From: Fonticula alba ATCC 38817
Lineage: Eukaryota; Protista; Nucleariida
Assembly: GCA_000388065.2 (NCBI GenBank)
Contig: KB932207.1
Direction: 5' to 3' (one strand)
Length of the DNA stretch: 25,101 bases
Below, in pieces: positions 9,827 to 19,871 of this stretch. Both the position numbers and the translations under genes were made by a program. How positions within the stretch are numbered: the stretch's first letter is position 1; each line of letters opens with the position of its first letter. The notes beneath the pieces were generated by a model. That model was not told where the DNA came from. It ran no database searches and saw nothing but the letters and a program-made list of their open reading frames with translations.

Positions 9827-10736
9827 TGGAATCTGCCCCCCCCCCCCCCCGGCCGGTCGACCAGCCACCTCGCCCGAGGGAAAGCATTGGTGCTTGGGTG
9901 CGAGCCGTCGAGCTCCCGGCCTGCGTCGCCTGCTGTCTGCCACTCTGCCCGATCATGATCATTCCATTACCACACACATACAGATGGCAAACCCTGTCAC
10001 ACTCGATCATTTAAGAATCCCCATGCTGAGGACCCAGACTCGGACAGTAGACCCGTCCCAAAGGGGCAGCCGGTGGATGATTGAGCTGGCCTTGGCGTGG
10101 CGGGAACAGAGCGAAATGGTCCAGCAGCTTCCTCAGGAGGCAAGGCCGCGTCATGTGTTCCGGATGTATCCCGTGGTGCCGCGTTGGGGCTGACCCCAGT
10201 GCTTTGCACCGGGCCGTTTGTGGCGATGCCGGCCGACAGCCAACGGAAGGCCGGCCTGGGACAAAGTCGCCGTCTGAATCCGAAAAGTGGGACACAAAAA
10301 AGGACAAAAAGAGGGACACCGCGGTGCGATGAAAGCCGAAAAGTGTGTATGTGAGAAGGATATTGGTACAGAGAGACGTGTAATGAACGCCGAGGAGAGG
10401 AGATTGGCGAGGAAGGAGGGTAGCCACAGGCACTTGCTGAGGCCCAGGCGGTGGCGGGGATACGAAAAAGGGAGTGTCCCTTTGCCAGGGAGTGTGTGCG
10501 CTCGTCCTCGCGGGCATGCTGCCCCTTCTCTCCCGCGAGCCGTCCCCTGCCCCCTCCACCTTCGCTGGAGGACAAGCGAACAGAAGGGAGTTGGCCTGGG
10601 ACGAGACTCAGGTAGGCCTCTGGGGGGGAGGGAGGGCAAGATGATAGTAGGCCGGGGAGGAGGGGGGGAAGGAACCTCACACCGCGTCCACGCCCACACC
10701 TCACAATCACCTGTGCCCTCCTCCTGCCCTGGGGCC

Positions 10737-10738
<2 letters not shown>

Positions 10739-10778
<40 letters not shown>
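10739..10778. repeat. (TG/CA)20 microsatellite in a putative 3'-UTR intron
   Basis: Read directly from the sequence. Confidence 0.95.
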
Positions 10779-10787
<9 letters not shown>

Positions 10788-10858
10788 GAATATGTGGCGT
10801 GACGCATGAGCACCCTCGCGCCCGGCTGGCCCCCATGCCGACCCGCGACTTACCACGC

Positions 10859-12588
10859 TCACGAGCCGGCGGAGGATGGCCAGGCATGGTGACGATCGGT
10901 GGGGGGCGGTTGGAAATTGCCGCCGCCATGAACGTGGGCGAAACTCGGCGGGACGCCGGCCGTCACATAGGAGCCCCGGCGGTGGTGGGCCCCCTCGCCG
11001 CCGGGGCCCGTGTGCGACGTGTTCTCCAGCACATGCCACCCGATGAAGTACCGACGATAGCGCTCCCACATGCGATGCTTGAGCCACATTTGGTGGAACA
11101 CCTTGTAGAGAGCACGCCCGGCGATGATGATGGCTGCCAGAGGATGGGCAAAGGCCACCTGGTTGAGGATGGTGGCCAGGCGGAAGTCGGCCAGGGCCAT
11201 GAGCAGGCCCATGGCCCGGCGAAGGATCAGGCCTGTCAGCGAGGGCAACCCAGGCGAGCCGGTGGGGCCGGTGCCGGCAGCCGTGCCCCCACCGGCCAGG
11301 GTGGCCATCACATCGGCCGCCAGGCTGAAGGTGGACCCCGGCGACTGGCCGGAAGACACCGTGACCAGCAGACGCGCCAGAGCCCGAGCCAGGCCGGTGA
11401 GCCAGAAAACCACCAAGTGCGAAGAAACCTTCACGAGGAAGGCCCCCAACAGCGGGACCACCAGGAACTGCAGAGACGTGGACATGGGCCGGAGCATCAG
11501 CAACTGGATGTGGCTGAGGCCGATGTCCAACGGCTCGGTGGCCATCTGCCCCTCGGAGGTGATCCACGAGAGGGCCGCCCGGCGGCCATCGCCCGGGAAG
11601 AGGGCCCGCCGCTCGATCCGGGGATAGATCGAGGCCGGGCGCAGGATCAACGAGAGGAAGGACCCTCCGACTCCGAGCCAGCCGCCGCCGCCGCCGCCGC
11701 CGCCGACCGGGCCGCTGTCGCTCCAGGAGTCCACAAAGTTCACCTCATCCTCATCCTCATCATACTCCTCGTCGTAGCCCTGATTCTCCTCATGCAGGTC
11801 GAAGGGGAAGTCATGATGCATCAAGCCGGCCGGCGTGGAGCCGAGGGCATCCGCCGGCGCGCATTGCGAAGATGCCCCGACGCCGGTCGCCATGCCGTCA
11901 CTCGGGCCATGCGCAAGCTGCGCCGTGGCCAGGCCACCTACGGGTCGCGGGCCCACTGTGGAAGAGGCGACCGGCGTGGTGGCGATGGTGGCGGCCATGG
12001 GGCCGGGGGCGGTGTCCATCCTGGCGGCGGCAGGGGCCATGACCGTGGCACCGGCGGGCACGGCCGTTGCTGCCGCGGCAGCAGCCGCCGCCGCCGCCGC
12101 CGCCGCCGCCGCTTGTTCTTGTGCTGCGTCCAGCTCCTGGGCGCGTGCCATGTCCGGATAGATCCAGTGGCCGACGATGCGCATGGCCCAGCCAGTCAGC
12201 CACCACTGGAAGAGACACAGCAGGAGGTCGGTCAGACCCTGCTCCGTGCGCCAGGTCGAGGCGAAGAGTGGCAGCTCCAGCGGCGACTGGTATCCGAAAA
12301 CCAGCTGCCGGGCCACACGCAAGACACTGGCATCCAGAGCCAGGCCCACCGAAATGTAAGTCGCGGCTCCGATGCACCAGGCCCGGATCATTTCCCGGAG
12401 TTGCCCAGTTAGCAGGGCCACCGCCGCCTTGCGCCAAGCGGTCGGCAGCCAAACTAGCTCCCAGAAGAGGGGGAACACTTGGACAATGAAGAGTCCCAGC
12501 CGGAGGAGCGCAATCCCGGAGGCCAGCGCCCAGCCATCGCTCTTCCAGAAGCTCGGCAGGTGGAAGCAGAAGGACCGGCCGACGGCAA
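10859..12588 (-). CDS. MARCHF6: MARCHF6-like terminal coding exon (last TMs and C-terminal element)
   Basis: Acceptor CGCAG|TT at 12589 (phase 1). Open to TGA at 10861-10859. Confidence 0.85.
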
Positions 12589-15500
12589 CTGCGAGCCCGG
12601 GAGAGACGGGGGGGGGGGGGGGAGGGGGGGGGAACATGGTCAGTGAAGCTCTCCGACACGGCGGCGGGAGGGGTGGTGGAGGAACGCACTGGGCGCCGCG
12701 ATGGCCAGCGTCCAGAAAACCATGATGCTAGCGGCGGAAATCAAAAGATACATGACCAACTGTGGGAGATGTCCCGGCCGCGCCCAGCCAAAGGCCCGCC
12801 AACGGTGCAGAGCACGAGTGCATGGGTGAGTGGCGACCCTCAGAAGGGGGGGCAGCACAGGGCAGAAGTGAAAGAATGCACAGCCGGCCTCCGGGCCCTG
12901 GCGAGGTGGCCGGTGCGCCGCGTGCGCGCGCGCGCGAGCGCGTACCTTGGTCTTAAGCAGAAGGCGCGACCCCGGTCGGCCGAGAGCGCCCGACGCATCC
13001 GGGAACAAGTACCCCTCCAGGCCGAGACTGATGGCCGTCAGGTAGGAAGCCAGGAGGCTGGAATAGGACACAATGTGCTGGACGATGCTCCCATGCCAGA
13101 AGCGCCGGTCAACCGCAGGGGCAGCACCATGGCCGGCCGAGGACCGGTCGGCGCCGGTGCTCTCCTGCAAGAAGCCCAGCTTCCAGGCAAGGGTGTCAAC
13201 AAGGAGGGCGGATGCCGGCGGCGAGGCCATGCCGATGGGGGCCTGCTTGTCGGCCGCACCGGCTGCCTGAGCCGCCGCCACCGCGGCACGCTCCTGGCGG
13301 TACCCCTCACGGGCACGGGTGAGCACCGTTTGCACGGCGGCCGTCACCCGGGCGCTGGCGCCTCGGCCCACCGGGGTAAAGAGCAGGCCCGAGACCGCCC
13401 ACCAGATGGCCGCCAGCTGCAGGGCCAGCTGGACAATCGGCCCAAGGCCTGGCGACCAGGCAGGCGGGGCCACGGTCGACAGGCGCAACAGACACTGGCT
13501 CCATAGACACTCGGCTTCCGGATGCTGGCCCGGCCAGGAAAGCAGCGGCAGGGATACGGCCGCCGGGCCGCCAGCGCGCAGCGCCCCGGACCGCATGTCC
13601 CCAGGGGCCGGCCCCGAGGCCAGCGGGCCAAAGAGCGACAACCCCACGCCGCCCAGATCGAAGGAGGGCGGAGACCAGGCCCGATCGAGCAGCCCCGGCA
13701 GGAGCAGGCGCCGGCCGGCCGCCGTGAGCGCCGTGGAAACCGGCCGACCGGTGACACCCGCGCGCGAGTTGGTGCCGGCCGGTGCCACCCGCGTGCCATT
13801 GCCCCCGAGCAGCACCCCCCCGGTGTCGAGGAGGTGCTCAAGATACAGGCGTCCAGAGTCGACGAGGCCCAGCAACACACGCAGGCCGAAGGTCAGCGAC
13901 CAAAGGACGAGGCTGCCCAACAGCAGGCTGGACACCGTGATGGCAAGCAGATGCAAGCATGATAGGACCTCCTGCTTGAGGGGCAGCTCAAGCTGAAAGA
14001 GGCAAGCGTGAACCGGAGGCAGGAAGAGAGAGGAGCGAGAGTGAGGGAGTGAGAGTGAGGGGGGGAGAGCGGGGGAGGGGGAGAGCGGGGGGGGGGAGGG
14101 GAGGGCAAGGGAGCGAGAGTGAGAGAGAGAGATAGAGAGGGAAAGAGAGCAAGTAGGTGAGAATCGGCCGAAGAGAAGAGGGAGAAGGGGAATGCATCCA
14201 GACAGGTGAAGAGAGGGGGGGGGGTAGAGGTGGGGGGTGGGAGGGGAAGAGGGAGGGGGGGGGAGAGAGGGAGGGGGGGAGAGCGGGGGAGGGGGAGGGA
14301 GGGCAAGGGAGCGAGAGTGAGAGAGAGAGATAGAGAGGGAAAGAGAGCAAGTAGGTGAGAATCGGCCGAAGAGAAGAGGGAGAAGGGGAATGCATCCAGA
14401 CAGGTGAAGAGAGGGGGGGGGGAGGCCGACACGCACGCGATTGAGAATGAGCTCGCCAATGTGGTTGGACGCCACGAAGGCCAGCCCGCGGCGTGGACCA
14501 GGGTCTAGGTTGGGAGGGGGAATCGCCAGCCCGGCAACCGGGCGATCCGGGTCCTCCAACACGCCGTCGCCGCCGGCGCCCAGTAAATCATCCACCATGG
14601 GGGTGTCTGACACGCGGCCGGAGGGGGACCCCTCGGCAGGGGCAAGGCCCAGCAGCAGGTGGAAGTATCGCTGGGCCGAGGGCCGCGGGGTGAGCCGGGC
14701 CAAATGCCGGCGCAGGTAGTCCACCAGCCGAAGCAGCAGGAACCCCAAGCACCAGGTGAACACCAGGCTCACGATGGCCGTCTCATACTCGGTCGACAGC
14801 TGACACGATCCATCGAGATCGGTGCCGGCCAGGGTGGTCAGCAGACTGGGCCGAAGGAGTGCAAGCGGCCCGGCGCCCTGGAAGTTGAAGAGGGCTCCAC
14901 ACCGGCCGGTCACCGTCAAGGGGACCGCCCCGCGCGTGGTGGCCAGCGAGGCGGCCAGCGAGGCCGATTCGCGCAGAACCGCCCCGGTCGCCTCGCCGGA
15001 GCTCGCACTCCCCACGCTGAAGACCCCACGCAGGAGGGAAGTGGAGACATAGTCCCAGAAGAGCTGGCGCACATTGGCCGCCCGCGGGAGGGTGGCCCCG
15101 GTCGTGAGCATGGCCGCCCCGGTGCCAGGCAGGACGCTTAGCGGTGCCACAAACAGGCTCAGCAGCAGGCGAGCCATCTTGCCCGTGAAGATGGGCGCCA
15201 GTAGGAGGTGAAGAATCACCAGGATGAGGAACTGCATGGCGCCAGGGCCCCGGGAATGGGCGCATCAGAGGGCGAGAGGGATGGAAGGGGGGCAGGGGCG
15301 AGAGAGGGAGAGGGACGGTAGCAGGGCGAGAAAGACGGGTCAGGGAGGGTCGAGAGGTGGCGAGCGAGCGCGAGGGGNNNNNNNNNNNNNNNNNNNNNNN
15401 NNNNGACGCGCGTGGCAGGAGGCAGAAGCAAGAGAAGGGCGCAGATGGAGGAGGGATTCCGGCCATCCGCTGGGCGGGCGGCACGCACCTTGCCAAGGAA

Positions 15501-16935
15501 AGAAAAGAAGTCCGCTACCAGGATCAGCCCGGCGGCAAAATGCTGGCCACCGCCCATGGACGACTGCATGAACGAGAAGTCATTCTCGATGCCAGTGTCC
15601 GGGTCCAGGGTATCAGCCAGGGTCGCTGCCTGTGCGTCTAGCGTCTCCAGGGGATCGCGCTCGGCAGTGTGAGCCAGGTCGGCCGCATGTCGGTTGGCCC
15701 CGTGGGCTGCGGGGGCTCCGTTGGCCTCGGCCGCCATCGAGGCCGGGTCCCTCGCCATGTCCGACCCGTTGCCGGTGGCCGAGGCACCAGTCGGCGCGGT
15801 ATCGGCCGCAGGGTGAGACGCCTGGCCGGCGGCCACGGACCCGGCCAGCCCGGCGGCAGTCGGGTTGTTCCCCAACAGCCGGCCCATGGCTCGGAGGTAG
15901 GCATACACCGCCAGCCCACTCAGGACGTAACCCACCATCAGAGCCACGGCCAGGTCCAGCACCAGGGCAATGGACCCGGTTAGCGGACTGAGCTCATGCC
16001 CGGAGGAGGACATCCCGAAGAGCTTGAGCGGGATCTTCATCAGAAGCCCGCTGAGCCAGAGCCGCGCCTCGGGGAACAGGCGCTGAAGCGGCCGCACGGC
16101 CACCTCTTGCAAGCCGGCGAGCAGGATGTCCAGTCGCAGCAGGGTGGCCACCGGCCGGAGGGCCGCGCCCACCGGACCCAGCAGCATGGTCAGGCTGCGC
16201 GAGGCGAAGAGCCCCTCCCCCAGCAGGCCGGAGTAGAGCCGCGTCTCGGACAGTTGGTCTCCGGGCGCCAGGACTGGGACCGCCTCCACCAGGGCCGAGC
16301 ACATGCCCTGGCCGAAGACCAGCCGCCCGAGAAGCAACGGGCCCGGCGCCTTCGAAGCGCCGACCGCCACCCCGGAGATGGACGCCGGGCAGACGGCCGT
16401 CCGGATGGCCTCGCCGGCGGTGATGCCCTGAACGAAGTAGTGTTCCAGGCGCCCGGGAGAGGCCAGCCAGAAGGCCGAGTCCAGCCCGAGAGCCGCGCGG
16501 CAGCTGGACCAAACCGACGACACCAGGGTGGTCACCCACTGGAGGACGCCGGCTGCCGTGGCTGCCGTGGCTGTAGCGGCCACCGAAGCCGAGGTGGTGG
16601 TCCCTGTCGTCGGGAGCAGGTGCTTGGCGGTCAGGCGGGCTGCCGTGTGTCCGCCGCCGGCAAGGATGGCCCCGGGGGTTGTGGCAGCCGAGCTGCCGAC
16701 CAGGCGATATGCCCGCGCCGAAGGGCCCACAAGCAGCGAACTAACCGCCCGTCGGCTGAGGTAGTCAGCCAGAAGACGGAAGGGGGTCCGAATGCCCGGG
16801 GCCAGGACATTACGCAAGAGCAGGCCAATGTTGGGGAAGATCGGCGCCACCAGGTGACTGACCCCGGACAATAGCGCCGAAGTCAGCTAGGATGTCGGTG
16901 GATGGCCGCGTATCGATGCACAGCCCGGTGGGCGA

Positions 16936-17017
<82 letters not shown>

Positions 17018-17855
17018 CAGCCAATAGAACGGGACCAGGAAAGGGGTGATAGTTGAGCAAACAGCAGGAACAAAAAGAGCCTCCGAGAGAGAATGAGAGA
17101 GAGAGAGAGAAAGAAAGAGCCAGGGAAGCCACGCGTACCGCCAAGCCACACTCCCCAATGACCCAAGGCAGGAAGCCGAAGGATCCGAGAAAGACCGAAT
17201 TGAACATCAACACCCAGAGGATGTTCTCCAGCATGGAACGGAAGGACCCGCCAAAGCCAAGCAGCTCTTTCAGGAGCTTGAGGAAGGAATTCTCGGTTTC
17301 CCCGCGTCCTGTGCCGGCCTCGGGCTCCGTCCCGCGTGACAGCAACCCATGCAGCGAGTCATTCAGGTTATTGATGGCGGCAATCAGCTCATTGCGACGT
17401 TCTTCCTGGGCAGCGCCATGGTTCAGTCCCGGGGGCAGGCCCCCCATGCCAGGAAGCCCGGCTGCCAGGGCCGGCTCCCCACCGCCAAGCGCCACCCCGG
17501 GCGGGGCACCGAAATCCATGCCGGCCCCACCGCCAAAGAGCCCCCCGGCCATGGGCATCAACCCCGGGAGGGGAAGATTGCCCGCGGCCTCGAGAGGCGG
17601 ATCCCCCATGGCCATGGAGTGGATGGTGCCATCTAGCAGGCCGCCACTCGGCCCGGGGGAGGGAGACCTCCGGAGGAGATGCCCCCCGACACCGCCCAGC
17701 GGCGACGCACGGCCATAGCTGGCACTCCCCCGGCGGGAGGACCGGCCGGAGCCCCCGATCCCGACGCCCAGCAGTGGGCTCGACGCGAGGCCATAGTAAT
17801 TGCCCGAATCGGCCCACTGGCCTCCGGGGGAAGCCATGTCATTGCTGTTGCTGTG

Positions 17856-17910
<55 letters not shown>

Positions 17911-19250
17911 TCACTGCTACTGATGCCGGTGTGGCTGCTGCTGATGTTGATGCTCCCGCCGATGGTGATGCCCTGACCAGTGACAGTGCTGCCCGCGGGC
18001 GGACCCATGCGGCTGAGGGAGGGCAAGGAGTCCGAGCCCGGGGCAGCTGGAGAGGCAAAGCGCCCGGACGCCGAGCCAGCCCCAGGCAACAGGTGAGCCT
18101 CCCGTGGTCCAGGATAGGACGGCGAGCCGGACGAGGCTCCGGAATGATGGTATGCCACATTCGGCGGCAGGAGCATGGGTGACCCGGCATTGGCGGTTGC
18201 AGAACCGGCGGCCGCCTCGCGGCCTGGGTAGGCCGACGAACCGGACATCCGCCGGGGAGCAAGCCCCGGGGACCGGGCACCGCCGCCGGGCACCGCCGCC
18301 AGGCCACTTCCGAGGCTGGGGCTCTCCCCGGGCACATTGCCACCGGGGTCGGCTCCCATGGGCCCGCCGACATCGGCCGGGCCAGTGAACATGTATGCGC
18401 TGTGGCGTGCGGCCGAAGATCCCCAGGAAAGACTGGCAGACCGGCGCCGAGTCCCCCGGCCGCCGAGCTGCGATGGGCCGGAGCCGACACTGGCAACGGA
18501 CGCCCCGGGGCCGAGGTCCTCCGACTGCTGACGCCAGCTCCCATCGGCATGGTACATTAGCCGGGCCAGGGAGGAGCTCGGCACCCCTTCGGCCGGGCTC
18601 CCAGCATAGGCCCCACGCCCGGGCATGCCGCTAGACCCAAAGTACGGCGAGCCGTCCATGCCGCCGGTGGGCGAACTCAGCCGCGTGAAGTCCATGCCCC
18701 AATTGCCCGGACGTGGGTGATCGCTTGCCATGAATCCCTCCGGGCCGGGGGACTCGAGCCGGGTGAAGAACTCGTGAGACTCGGAGCCCAGCCCGAGCCC
18801 CGGGTCGGACGTTTCCTCGGACACCGGCGTCAAACCACGGCTATAGGCAGCATGAGGGGCACCCGGGCGGCGATCGCTGGCCGGCGAGCTGCCTGGCCCC
18901 CGGCCGAAGGCATACTCCGGCGTGGCGGCAACCGGCCCGCCGGAGGAGCTCCCGGAGGCCGAGAAGACCCCCGGCGACCCGAGCCCCGAAAAGGACGCCG
19001 AGACAGCCGAAACCCCCGGCGAGTTGACCTCCCCCAAGGAGGGTGAGGTTGGCATGCTGGTCGAGTAGCTGAGGGAAGTCCGGCGGAGAGAGGGCCGCGC
19101 CGGGCTGCTTGGCACCGGGCTCCCCGGGCTCTCGGCCATGTTGATACCAAAGCGACCCAAGTCCGACTCGGCCGCCGGCAGCCGGCCGGACCCCTCGGCA
19201 GACCGAGTTCCAGAGGCGGCCGACCCGCTCGCGGGGCTGGCGGATGAGGG

Positions 19251-19284
<34 letters not shown>

Positions 19285-19838
19285 GCGCCCACGACCACAA
19301 GAGTGGCAGGCGGGCCGGCGCAACGGGAGGCAGCTGCGGGGACAGTGGCCGGGGCGGGGGCGGGGGTGGAAATGTGAGCGGCCGAGAGTGCGGCAACCGC
19401 CGGGGCGTCTGACGTGGCAGCCCCTGCCGTCGAGGGCAATGTGGCTCCGGACGGCGGGATGGCGCCCGAGGGTGCGGAGGCAGCATCTGCGGCCGACCCA
19501 GCCGTGGCGGTCGACGGGGGGGACGAAACACTGGTAAGGGCAGGGGCAGGGGGCCCAGCGACGCTGGGCGCGAGTGAGGGGCTGGCATCGGGGTGCATGT
19601 CGTCGCTGTCAGCCGTAGCCATGGCCGCCACCGCCATGGCCGCCAGATTGGGCGATGGATTGGGACTCGTGCCGGAGCTCAGGCTCTCGGGAAAGAGCCC
19701 ATCAAACAGGAAAAGCCCCAGCGGGTCATCCGGCTTCTTGACCGACAGAAACCCGGAGCCCGGGCTAAGGGTACGAAGTGGCGAAGAGGGCGAGGATGAC
19801 GGCGAGGCAATGGCGGCGGCGGCGCCAGCGGGGAGGGA

Positions 19839-19871
<33 letters not shown>

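Noticed and set aside
9729-10193. + strand ORF starting MRVIMLFARRFSSTS (looks like a mitochondrial presequence), with an apparent GTTAGT donor
   Set aside because: GTTAGT is the reverse complement of the minus-strand branch point ACTAAC in a well-formed GTATGT...CAG intron. Splicing on + gives a 41-aa peptide or needs a weak donor, and I recognise no homology.
10853-10861. Read-through or selenocysteine recoding of the MARCHF6 TGA to fuse it with BCAS3
   Set aside because: After splicing at 10853/10729 the same frame meets another TGA within eight codons, so no fusion protein is possible.
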